Part shown: in pieces, positions 1 through 8,785 of the stretch | How the letters are laid out: the number at the start of each line of letters is the position of its first letter | How positions within the stretch are numbered: the stretch's first letter is position 1 | Source: Gemmatimonadota bacterium | Lineage (GTDB): Bacteria; Gemmatimonadota; Gemmatimonadetes; Gemmatimonadales; GWC2-71-9 | Direction: 5' to 3' | Assembly (NCBI GenBank): GCA_039588295.1 | Contig: JBDHAB010000007.1 | Span: 64,001 to 128,000, forward strand | DNA: 64,000 nt | Notes under the pieces: generated by a model | Told to the model about the DNA's origin: nothing | The model's input: only the letters and a program-made list of their open reading frames with translations | The model's database searches: none | Position numbers and translations under genes: made by a program

Positions 1-1751
1 TTCGACACGGCACCAAGTCTGGAGCCGCGAACGACTCTGCGTCCAAGATAGCAGAACACCTTGACCAGATCATCAAAATCGGCCAGCGAGTCCGCAACGA
101 CCACCCCGGCTTCGGTCGCGAGCTCACGGCAGACCGCATAATCACCCGCGACGGCGGCGGTATGTGACGCCGTTGCTCCCGCACCTGCGGGAGTGCGGCC
201 GGCGCGATACAGCACCACGTCACGGCCGCTCGATGCGATCTCCGCCGCGGCGTCGAGCCACCGGTGTCCGTCACCGGGCTGGAACCCTTCGACATAGCAC
301 GCGAACACGTCGATCTCGGGATCGTCTTTCAGATACGTCAGGTAATCACTGACGGTCAAATCGGTCTGGTTGCCAACGGAGATCGAGAACCGCGGGTTGA
401 GCCCCAGGAACCTACTGGCACGTGCCACGGCAAAAGCGCCGCTCTGAGAGATTAGGGCGAGCGGCGTCGCTGCGCCACGTTTCGGCGGGAGCTTGTACTC
501 CGGAATGAACGTGGTGTCGTACCGTCCCGGGATCGAGCGGACCCCCAGGCAATTCCCCCCGTTCAGGACGGGTCCTCCCCATTCGGTCGGGCGCGACGCG
601 TGCAGCGCCTCGAGAATGTCATGCTGGAGCTGCGCCGTGCCACCCTTCTCACCCAGGCCGCCAGGAATCACGATGAGGCTCTCGGCCTTGCGGCCGGCCA
701 CGACTTCCCGAACCGCGTCGGGCACCTGCGAAGCGGCTACACTCAGGACGAGGAGATCGACGCACCCGGGCAATGCCGTAATGCTGGCAAAGCATCGAAC
801 CCCGTCGATTTCCCCGGCGTCGGGCTTGACGATTGCCATGCGTTCGGCGGGGAAACCCTCCCGGAGCATGTTCCGGAGGATGATGCGGCCGGGATTGAGC
901 CGCTCAGACACGCCGACGATGGCGGCGGACTTCGGCTCGAGCAGCGCCTTGAGCTTGTGGATGGGCCGGTCCGGTCGCCGCCCCGGTTCACCGGCTCGGA
1001 GCGTCACCAGCACGTCGAGGGCGGTGGGGCCGTGCTCGCCGGGAACCAGCGGGTTGATCTCGAACTCGCCGATCTGCGTTGCGGCGTCACTGCGCGCGAA
1101 CGCCAACGCCGTCTCGACCAGCGAAACCAGAACCGGCATGTCGAACGCCACGCCCCCACCCCCACCCCGCTCCATGCCGGCCGCGAGCCGTGCGAATGCC
1201 TTCGATGCGAGCGATCGCTCGATCTGATTCCTCGATCTCGTGTGCGCACCGAAGACCGCGGCAGCGCGACCCGCCTGCAACTCGGCCGACAGCAACTCGG
1301 CGTGCATCCCCCCAGGCCCGATGGTCACGACCGGACCGAAGTCGTCGGTCCATCGCATGCCGAGCAGGAGCTCGCCTCCCAGCGCCCGATCGTAGTCGAC
1401 ATGGGCGTTCAGTGCGAACCCCACCACCGCCTGCTCGGCGAGGCTCGATTCCATGGTGCGGACGGCCTCACGCACCGTTCCCGGGTGGTTGCGCACGATC
1501 GCGACCGCGCCGACTTCGGTCTTGTGCACGATACGGGCTGAAACGGCCTTGATGACGACGAGGTCCGTGCCGAGCTGGCGGAGATCACCGTCGTCGACGT
1601 CGGCACTCGAGCGCACCAACACGGCGGCGGGCACCTCGATGCCAAGACACTCGACGATCCGGGCCGCTTCCGGTTGCAGCAGCACGCGCCGGTGCTCCGC
1701 CCGCGCGGCGTCGAGCACCTGTGCGATGTTGTCGGACGTCGCTGTGACCAC
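1..1751 (-). CDS. ADP-forming acetate/acyl-CoA ligase family protein (ATP-grasp domain N-terminal, then CoA-binding and ligase domains); 3' end runs off the window
   Basis: Not in the ORF track because there is no stop in the window. Manual translation from GTG at 1751 gives VVIKAVSARIVHKTEVGAV, ELLLGMRWTDDFGPVVTIGPGG, LLEPKSAAIVGVS, GGNCLG, ALISQSGA, SVGNQTDL and the phospho-His motif ASHTAAVAG. Start approximate. Confidence 0.88.
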   Translation of the reverse strand, partial: MVTATSDNIAQVLDAARAEHRRVLLQPEAARIVECLGIEVPAAVLVRSSADVDDGDLRQLGTDLVVIKAVSARIVHKTEVGAVAIVRNHPGTVREAVRTMESSLAEQAVVGFALNAHVDYDRALGGELLLGMRWTDDFGPVVTIGPGGMHAELLSAELQAGRAAAVFGAHTRSRNQIERSLASKAFARLAAGMERGGGGGVAFDMPVLVSLVETALAFARSDAATQIGEFEINPLVPGEHGPTALDVLVTLRAGEPGRRPDRPIHKLKALLEPKSAAIVGVSERLNPGRIILRNMLREGFPAERMAIVKPDAGEIDGVRCFASITALPGCVDLLVLSVAASQVPDAVREVVAGRKAESLIVIPGGLGEKGGTAQLQHDILEALHASRPTEWGGPVLNGGNCLGVRSIPGRYDTTFIPEYKLPPKRGAATPLALISQSGAFAVARASRFLGLNPRFSISVGNQTDLTVSDYLTYLKDDPEIDVFACYVEGFQPGDGHRWLDAAAEIASSGRDVVLYRAGRTPAGAGATASHTAAVAGDYAVCRELATEAGVVVADSLADFDDLVKVFCYLGRRVVRGSRLGAVS

Positions 1752-1889
1752 ACGGCCCCCAAGCTGTAACGGACCCGGCCCGCGCCGGCGGGCTTCCAGG
1801 AAAGGTCATGGGGAGGGCGTAATCTGGCTATGAAAGTTCTTTAAAGCGTTCTTAGAGGCCCACTTGCAGGCTCGACCCCGGGCGCCGGA

Positions 1890-2924
1890 TCACTCCCCGT
1901 GCGGGCGTCTTCCCGTTGCGTACGCCCGGGCCGCCTCAGCACGCGCTGCGGCGTCCCCAAAGATCTTCTCTCCATCGAACCGGCCGTTCTCGATGAAGAT
2001 CTCCGAGATATCGAACCCCGCGGTGATGCTCCCGGCGAGATGAACGCCCGGCACGGACGTCTCGAGGGTCCCAGGGTCCAGCTCGGGTCGGCCCGTGGCC
2101 GCATCGTAGGCGACCCCGACCCGGTCGAAGAGGGAAAGATCCGGACGAAATCCGGTGAGGGCATACACGCGGTCGGCAGGCAACCGCTCGTGGCTCCCGT
2201 CGGCCCGCTCGATGTGCACGCATTGTCCGTCGATGGCGAGCACGTGGGCTCCCAACCGTGCGGCGATTTCGCCCGCTTCGATCCGGTTCAGGATGTCGGG
2301 GCGCAGCCAGTACTTCACCGAGCGGGAGAAGGCGGTCCCACGGTAGACCAGAGTCACGCGGGCTCCGGCCCGAAACAGCTGCAGGGCGGCTTCGACGGCG
2401 GAATTCCGACCGCCGATGACGACGACATCGAGGCCATAGCTCAGGTGTGCCTCGTCGAAGTAATGGCGGACGTGTGGAGGATCCTCGCCGCTCACGCCCA
2501 AGAGGTTGGGCTGATCGAAATACCCTGTTGCCAAGACCATGCGCCCGCAGGTCACCTGCTCCGTGCTCCTGCCGGTGTCGACGATGCACCGGATCGCCCG
2601 TTCGATGGGTTCCGCCTCGACGAGGCGCGTGTAGGTTTGCACGCGCAAGCCCTCGGCCCGCGCGACACCACGGTAGTACTTGAGCGCCTCCTCGCGCGTG
2701 GGCTTGGCGCCGGCGCACACGAGGGGGTGACCCCCAATCTCGAGCCGCTCCGGCGTGGTGAAGAACACCATGCCGACGGGGTAGTGGACGATGGAGTTGG
2801 CCACTGCTCCGGCATCGATCACGAGGGGATCGAACCCGCGCCGGCGTGCTGAGATCGCGCACGCGAGTCCGATCGGACCGGCGCCCACGATCAGAACGTC
2901 TTCGCTGCGTGTGGGGGGCTTCAT
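1890..2924 (-). CDS. ypdA: YpdA family putative bacillithiol disulfide reductase (FAD/NADPH)
   Basis: GAGPIG FAD motif, YPVGMVFFTTPERLEIGG, KPTREEALKYYR, ATGYFDQPN, GGRNSAVEAAL, VKYWLRPDILNRI, IFIENGRFD. Confidence 0.88.
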   Translation of the reverse strand: MKPPTRSEDVLIVGAGPIGLACAISARRRGFDPLVIDAGAVANSIVHYPVGMVFFTTPERLEIGGHPLVCAGAKPTREEALKYYRGVARAEGLRVQTYTRLVEAEPIERAIRCIVDTGRSTEQVTCGRMVLATGYFDQPNLLGVSGEDPPHVRHYFDEAHLSYGLDVVVIGGRNSAVEAALQLFRAGARVTLVYRGTAFSRSVKYWLRPDILNRIEAGEIAARLGAHVLAIDGQCVHIERADGSHERLPADRVYALTGFRPDLSLFDRVGVAYDAATGRPELDPGTLETSVPGVHLAGSITAGFDISEIFIENGRFDGEKIFGDAAARAEAARAYATGRRPHGE

Positions 2925-3014
2925 TTCAGTGTCGACGTTGGTACTGTTCCTAGGGATCGGAGCTGAGGGAGCCTCCTCGTTGGCAAATGTAACGCCCTTG
3001 CTGCTGGGTTGGCG

Positions 3015-4142
3015 ATGAATCGGACCGTCTTGGTGCTAGGAGGGTATGGCGGCGCGGGCCGTCGGATCACGGAGCTATTGGCGCGGGAGTCCGGGGTGCG
3101 GGTCGTGGTGGGTGGGCGGCAACTGGGCCCGGCGCAGGGATGGGCGGCGGAGCTCAACCGCGAGCTTCGAAGTGAGCGAGTCACCGCCGTCCTAGCGGAA
3201 GCTTCCAACCCGAGCCTGCTCAGGAAGGCGTTGGCCGACGTCGACCTCGTCGTGGTTGCGTCGAGCACGGCTGCACACGTTGCCACGGTGGCCCAAGCGG
3301 CGATCGAGGCCGAGGTGGATTACCTGGATATCCAATACTCCACGTCGAAGCTACGTGTGCTGGACTCGATGAGGGCTGAGATCGAGCGGCGAGGTCGCTG
3401 CTTCATTACCGACGGCGGCTTCCACCCGGGACTGCCTGCGGTTCTCATCCGCTTCGCCGCCGGCTTCCTGGACCGCCTGCAGCGGGCGAACGTGGCGGCT
3501 GTGGCGAGAATCGATTGGCGGAATCGCACGGTTGCAGCATCGACGAGCACGGAGTTTGCGGAGGAACTGCGGCATTACGAGCCGACGGTGCTCAAGCGAG
3601 GCACATGGGCCCGCTCCCGTTGGTGGGAACGCAAGCGATTCGCGTTTGGCAAGCCGTTCGGGACGTTGTCCACGGTGCCGATGCAACTCGGGGAGATGCG
3701 GAACCTCCCGCATCAGTTTCCCATGCTGGTCGATGCGGGATTCTACGTTGCCGGACTCAATTGGTTTGTCGACTATCTTGCGATGCCGTTCGGCATGCTG
3801 GCGCAGCGTCTGGCGGGTGATCGCGCCACGCCGGCGGTCGGGAAGCTGATCGGGTGGGGGCTGCGAACCTTCACAGTGCCCCCCTACGGGACCGTGGCAG
3901 TCGTCGAGGCGAGCGGGTGGAAGAAGGGGAGGTTGGTGGCAGTCCGAGGTCGGATCGCTCACGAGGACGGTTACGAGCTGACCGCGATCACGGTTGTGGG
4001 GTGTCTGCTCCAATACCTGGACGGTTCCGCAAGACGACCGGGGCTGTGGCATCAGGCGCACCTCGTCGATCCGCGCCGGCTCGTGACGGACTTGGAGCGC
4101 CTCGGCGCCACGGTCGAGTACGATCTGGAGGTCGAGACATGA
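3015..4142 (+). CDS. Saccharopine dehydrogenase-like NAD(P)-binding oxidoreductase
   Basis: VLVLGGYGGAG Rossmann motif, AAIEAEVDYLDI, DGGFHPGLP; substrate unknown. Confidence 0.75.
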   Translation: MNRTVLVLGGYGGAGRRITELLARESGVRVVVGGRQLGPAQGWAAELNRELRSERVTAVLAEASNPSLLRKALADVDLVVVASSTAAHVATVAQAAIEAEVDYLDIQYSTSKLRVLDSMRAEIERRGRCFITDGGFHPGLPAVLIRFAAGFLDRLQRANVAAVARIDWRNRTVAASTSTEFAEELRHYEPTVLKRGTWARSRWWERKRFAFGKPFGTLSTVPMQLGEMRNLPHQFPMLVDAGFYVAGLNWFVDYLAMPFGMLAQRLAGDRATPAVGKLIGWGLRTFTVPPYGTVAVVEASGWKKGRLVAVRGRIAHEDGYELTAITVVGCLLQYLDGSARRPGLWHQAHLVDPRRLVTDLERLGATVEYDLEVET

Positions 4143-4182
4143 ACGCTCTACGGTGGGCGGGCATCATGGGAGAGAGACCGGT

Positions 4183-5529
4183 ATGACGCAGCGCGCTGTC
4201 ATTTTGGGTGCGGCAGGACGTGACTTTCACAATTTCAACGTCTTCTTCAGGGGCAACCCCGAATATCACGTCGTCGCGTTCACTGCGACACAGATTCCGG
4301 ATATCGACGGACGCCGCTATCCGCCGGAGCTTGCCGGCGAGGGGTATCCAGACGGCGTACCGATCGAGGCCGAGCAGGATCTCAGCCGACTGATTCGCGA
4401 CAAGAGCGTAGACGTCGCCGTGTTTGCCTATAGCGATGTTTCGCACGAGCACGTGATGCACGTCGGTGCTCGGGCCATGGCGGCTGGGGCGAGCTTCCTG
4501 CTCCTGGGCCCACGGCAGACCATGCTCACGGCGAAGGTTCCGGTCATCTCGGTCTGTGCCGCGCGGACGGGAGCCGGAAAGAGCCAGACGAGTCGACGAG
4601 TAGCGGCCATCTTGCGGAGCAAGGGGAAGCGGATCGTCGTGGTGCGCCATCCGATGCCGTATGGCGACTTGACCCGGCAGGCCGTCCAGCGGTTTGCGAG
4701 CTTCGAAGATCTCGATGCACACCGCGTCACCATTGAAGAGCGAGAGGAGTACGAGCCGCACATTCGCGCGGGCTGCGTGGTGTATGCGGGGGTTGATTAC
4801 GAGCGGATTCTGCAGCGGGCCGAGCAAGAGGCGGACGTGATCATTTGGGACGGCGGCAACAACGACCTGCCCTTCTACAGGCCCGATCTCCACATTGTGG
4901 TGGTCGACCCCCATCGGGCGGACCACGCGAAGCGGTACCACCCAGGGGAAACGAATGTCCGGATGGCGGACGTCATCGTCGTGAACAAGGTGGGAACGGC
5001 CGGTTTGGCGGAAGTGGAGCAGGCACGGAGCGTAGCCATGGATCTCAACCCCGACGCGGTAGTCATCGAGGCGGCAAGCCCGATCTTGGTCGAGGAGCCA
5101 GCGTATATCCGTGGCAAGCGGGTACTGGTCATCGAAGACGGACCGACACTCACCCACGGTGAGATGGCGTACGGGGCGGGCTGGGTGGCTGCTCGCCGCT
5201 TCGGAGCGGCGGAGATCGTTGACCCGCGGCCCCATGCCGTCGGGTCGATTCGGGAGACGTTCGAGCGGTACCCCACGACAGGCGCGGTACTGCCCGCTAT
5301 GGGATACGGTACGCAGCAGGTGGATGAGTTGGCTCGAACCATTGCGGCGGTCCCTGCCGATCTCGTGTTGATTGCCACGCCAATCGATCTGCGCCATCTC
5401 ATTGATTTCGACAAGCCGACGCTTCGCGTACGTTATGAGCTTCAGGAGATCGGACGTCCGACTCTGGAGGACGTCCTCTCGGGCTTCGATGACGGAGCGG
5501 GCTCGGTCGAAGGAGTGGCGGCTCCGTAG
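4183..5529 (+). CDS. COG2403 P-loop protein; probable arginine synthetase ArcE-like (often auto-annotated as cyclic 2,3-diphosphoglycerate synthase or GTPase)
   Basis: N-terminal GAAGRDFHNFN...VVAFTATQIPDI, P-loop RTGAGKSQT, RHPMPYGDL, TIEEREEYEPH, WDGGNND, EDGPTLTHG. Confidence 0.75.
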   Translation: MTQRAVILGAAGRDFHNFNVFFRGNPEYHVVAFTATQIPDIDGRRYPPELAGEGYPDGVPIEAEQDLSRLIRDKSVDVAVFAYSDVSHEHVMHVGARAMAAGASFLLLGPRQTMLTAKVPVISVCAARTGAGKSQTSRRVAAILRSKGKRIVVVRHPMPYGDLTRQAVQRFASFEDLDAHRVTIEEREEYEPHIRAGCVVYAGVDYERILQRAEQEADVIIWDGGNNDLPFYRPDLHIVVVDPHRADHAKRYHPGETNVRMADVIVVNKVGTAGLAEVEQARSVAMDLNPDAVVIEAASPILVEEPAYIRGKRVLVIEDGPTLTHGEMAYGAGWVAARRFGAAEIVDPRPHAVGSIRETFERYPTTGAVLPAMGYGTQQVDELARTIAAVPADLVLIATPIDLRHLIDFDKPTLRVRYELQEIGRPTLEDVLSGFDDGAGSVEGVAAP

Positions 5530-5554
5530 CGCTGCAGTCGAGAGGAGATCCGCT

Positions 5555-6754
5555 GTGACAGCGACGAACGGGACAATCGGACTTCTGACCGGCGGTGGGG
5601 ATGTTCCCGGTCTCAATCCTGCCATTCGCGCCATTACGATTCGCGCGCTGCGGGAGGGCTACCGCGTGCTGGGAATTCGCCGAGGCTGGGCTGGCCTCAT
5701 CGATCTCGTTCCAGAGCGCGACGCTGATAACAGCATGCATGTGCAGATGCTGACGGAGGACGTCGTCAATCGTGCGGGTCGGACGGGAGGGACGTTCCTC
5801 CACACATCGCGCACGCGGCCGAGCCGGCTTCCCAAGCCGGTGGTGCCCGAACACCTCCGCGACCGGTACACGGATGAGATCAACGATGTGACACCGTCGG
5901 TGTTGAGGAACCTCGAGTTCCTTGGAATCGACTATCTCGTGCCGATCGGTGGCGACGATACGCTGAGCTACGGCCTGCGCCTGCACCAGGAGGGGGTGAA
6001 GGTCGTGGCGGTCCCCAAGACCATGGACAATGACGTTCCCGGTACGGACTACTGCATCGGGTTCAGCACGTGCGTGACCCGCACGATTGAGATGACCCAC
6101 AGCCTGCGGACCTCCGCGGGGTCACACGAGCGGTTCCTCGTCATCGAGGTGTTTGGGCGGTACGCGGGGTATACGGCGCTGCTGCCTACCATGGCGGGCG
6201 CGGCGGATCGGTGCCTGATTCCCGAACACCGCTTCCAACTAGAGCATCTCTGCGAGCTGCTCAGCTACGACCGCGGACGAAACCCGAGCAAGTACGCAGT
6301 GGTGCTCGTATCGGAGGGAGCCCGCATGACGGACGATGACGAAATGTCCTTCGAAGGTCAGGAACAGGATCAGTATGGTCATCGCAAGCTCGGGGGGATC
6401 GGCGATAAGGTCGCGTCGCGCCTCAAGCTTTGCTCACCGAGGTACAATCAGGGTCGGCGCGTGAACATCGTGAACCAGCGTCTTGGCTACCTGGTGCGGT
6501 GTGGCGATCCGGATGCGATGGACTCGATCGTGCCCATGGCCTTCGGCAACCTCGCGCTCGACCTGGTACTCGGAGGCACCTCCGGCCGCTTGGTGAGCCT
6601 GCGCAACGGTGTGTACGACAGTGTGCCGATCGACGTGGTGACGGGCCGCAAGAAGGTCATCGACGTCGACAAGTACTACAATGTCGAGCGTCTCCGACCC
6701 AACTACAAGACCTTCATCCGACAACCCCTGTTCATCATGACGAGCGATGTCTGA
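5555..6754 (+). CDS. 6-phosphofructokinase, PPi-dependent signature
   Basis: TGGGDVPGLN, GGTFLHTSRT, GGDDT, PKTMDND, EVFGRYAG; GTG start after GAGGAG RBS. Confidence 0.88.
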   Translation: MTATNGTIGLLTGGGDVPGLNPAIRAITIRALREGYRVLGIRRGWAGLIDLVPERDADNSMHVQMLTEDVVNRAGRTGGTFLHTSRTRPSRLPKPVVPEHLRDRYTDEINDVTPSVLRNLEFLGIDYLVPIGGDDTLSYGLRLHQEGVKVVAVPKTMDNDVPGTDYCIGFSTCVTRTIEMTHSLRTSAGSHERFLVIEVFGRYAGYTALLPTMAGAADRCLIPEHRFQLEHLCELLSYDRGRNPSKYAVVLVSEGARMTDDDEMSFEGQEQDQYGHRKLGGIGDKVASRLKLCSPRYNQGRRVNIVNQRLGYLVRCGDPDAMDSIVPMAFGNLALDLVLGGTSGRLVSLRNGVYDSVPIDVVTGRKKVIDVDKYYNVERLRPNYKTFIRQPLFIMTSDV

Positions 6755-7301
6755 ATCGCTGCGCGACGCGGTCGAGGAGCTCTGGCCCGAACTCGAGTGG
6801 ATTGAGTCGAAGGAGCTCCGCGAGCAAGTCACACAGACGTGGGTCCGGGCGTTCGAGCAGAGTCCGCTCGCGCCCGCCGACCTCAACCGGATTCCGTTCA
6901 CCCTTCTGGTGCCGAACTGTCCGGCCACCTTCATGGAGCACAAGCGCTGCGTCGTCCACATTGCACGGCGAGCGGCGGAATCGATGCACGAGTTCCTTGG
7001 GAGCGCGCTCCACATCGACCGGGACACAGTGATTGCCGGAGCGATTCTGGCCGATGTCGGCAAGTTGTTGGAATACGAGAAACGCGATGGAGAGACGCGA
7101 CAGAGCGCCCGCGGTCAGAGTCTCCGCCATCCGTTTACGGGTGTGGCCCTTGCCATGGCATGCCATGTGCCGGACGCGGTCTGTCACATCATTGCCACGC
7201 ATGCCGCCGAGGGTGACTTGGTGCAGCGGAGCACCGAGGCCTACATCGTCCATCATGCGGATTTCATGAGCTACTTGCCGTTCAAGAACCTCGCCGGCTG
7301 A
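6747..7301 (+). CDS. HD/HDIG-fold protein with degenerate HD motif (AD)
   Basis: EHKR...GAILADVGKLLEY...RHPFTG...IIATH...HHADF; overlaps the pfk stop by 8 nt. Confidence 0.75.
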   Translation: MSESLRDAVEELWPELEWIESKELREQVTQTWVRAFEQSPLAPADLNRIPFTLLVPNCPATFMEHKRCVVHIARRAAESMHEFLGSALHIDRDTVIAGAILADVGKLLEYEKRDGETRQSARGQSLRHPFTGVALAMACHVPDAVCHIIATHAAEGDLVQRSTEAYIVHHADFMSYLPFKNLAG

Positions 7302-7339
7302 CGGGCCGCATCCCGGGCAGACGGAAGGAGCCATCCGGA

Positions 7340-8719
7340 ATGTCACAGTCGATCACCGCCACCATGGCCCAGTGGGCCGCCGACCTCGGGTTCGACGATC
7401 TCGGAGCCGAAGCGATTCACGAATCGCGGCGCTACCTGCTCGACTCGCTGGGCTGTGCCTTTGGGGGATATCGCCAGGAGGACGCCCGCATCGCCCTGGA
7501 TGTGCTGGGCGAGATCGGCGGGTCCGGACTGGCGACGGTCCTCGGGAGCGGCGCGCGAACCGATCCCGTGTCGGCGTCGCTGGCGAATGCGCTCATGGTC
7601 CGGGTGATGGACTACAACGACATCTACTGGCAGCAGGACCCATCACATCCGTCGGATATCATCCCGGCCGCGATCGCCTGTGGCGAACGTGCCGGTCGGA
7701 CCGGTAAGGACCTGATCGTCGGCATCGTCCTCGGGCACGAATTCGAGATGCGGCTGTGCGAGGCGGCGTTTCCGGGCATCCGGGAACGCGGATGGCATCA
7801 CGCGACGCTCACGGCCTTCGTCTCGCCGATCGTGGCGGGTCGAATGCTCGGTCTGTCGTGGGATCGCATTCAGCATGCGATCGGGATCTCGGCGTCGCGA
7901 CACGCGACGTTCGGTGCAGTGACCGCTGGCAAGCTCACGATGATGAAGAACACGGTGGATCCGTTGGCGACGCAGAGCGGCGTACTCGCGGCGCTGTTGG
8001 CCGAACGCGGCTATACGGGTCCGGAGCACGTGGTGGATGGCAAGGAAGGACTGGTCCACTGCTTCGGGCCGGAGTGGAAGCTCGAGATTCTCACAGAGGG
8101 TTTGGGGCAGTCGTGGCGCATCGAGCGCTGCGGGATGAAAGCATTTCCGACCGAGGCGTTGACGCACGCCCCGATCTCCGCGGTGCTTGCCATCGTGCAG
8201 GAGCACGATCTGGCACCCGAGCAGGTGGCGACGGTGCGTATCCGCTCGCTTGCGCGCGCGGCCGATATCCTGGCAGACCCGAGCAAGTACGACCCGCGAA
8301 CAAAGGAGACCGCGGACCACAGTCTCCCGTATGTCGTCGCGGCTGCCCTGGTCGACCGTCAAGTCACGCCAGCCCAGTTTGAGTCCGACCGTATCATGGA
8401 CCCGAAGATTCGTGAGCAGCTCCGCAAGGTCGAAGTGGTGGCCGACCCCGAGATCGAGAAGGTGTTTCCGGAATTGCAGCGGGTAATTGTGCAGATCGAC
8501 ACGACGGACGGTCGTGCGTTGACGCAAACGTTGGACTACCCGAAGGGTGATCCGCGAAACCCACTCACCGACCATGAGATCGAAGAGAAGTTCGACGCGC
8601 TCGCGGCGCCGGTGCTCTCGCAGCGTGCGAGGGACCGGCTGAAGGCCGCCGTCTGGGAGCTGGAGTCCATGGACTCGATTTCAGACCTCATGGCGCTGTG
8701 CCGGGCCGACGTAACGTGA
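7340..8719 (+). CDS. MmgE/PrpD family dehydratase
   Basis: LLDSLGCA, DYNDIY...SHPSDII, KAFPTEALTH, TADHSLPY, YPKGDPRNPL; GGAG RBS. Confidence 0.9.
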   Translation: MSQSITATMAQWAADLGFDDLGAEAIHESRRYLLDSLGCAFGGYRQEDARIALDVLGEIGGSGLATVLGSGARTDPVSASLANALMVRVMDYNDIYWQQDPSHPSDIIPAAIACGERAGRTGKDLIVGIVLGHEFEMRLCEAAFPGIRERGWHHATLTAFVSPIVAGRMLGLSWDRIQHAIGISASRHATFGAVTAGKLTMMKNTVDPLATQSGVLAALLAERGYTGPEHVVDGKEGLVHCFGPEWKLEILTEGLGQSWRIERCGMKAFPTEALTHAPISAVLAIVQEHDLAPEQVATVRIRSLARAADILADPSKYDPRTKETADHSLPYVVAAALVDRQVTPAQFESDRIMDPKIREQLRKVEVVADPEIEKVFPELQRVIVQIDTTDGRALTQTLDYPKGDPRNPLTDHEIEEKFDALAAPVLSQRARDRLKAAVWELESMDSISDLMALCRADVT

Positions 8720-8785
8720 TCCCGCAGTGGCGGGGCGGAGGCGATGGCCGTGGCCGCGGTATCGCCTCCCCTGGGTGAGGGCATT

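Noticed and set aside
493..1552. Long + strand ORFs (244, 313 and 157 aa)
   Set aside because: Antisense shadows of the minus-strand acyl-CoA ligase. The same applies to most overlapping track ORFs in this high-GC window.
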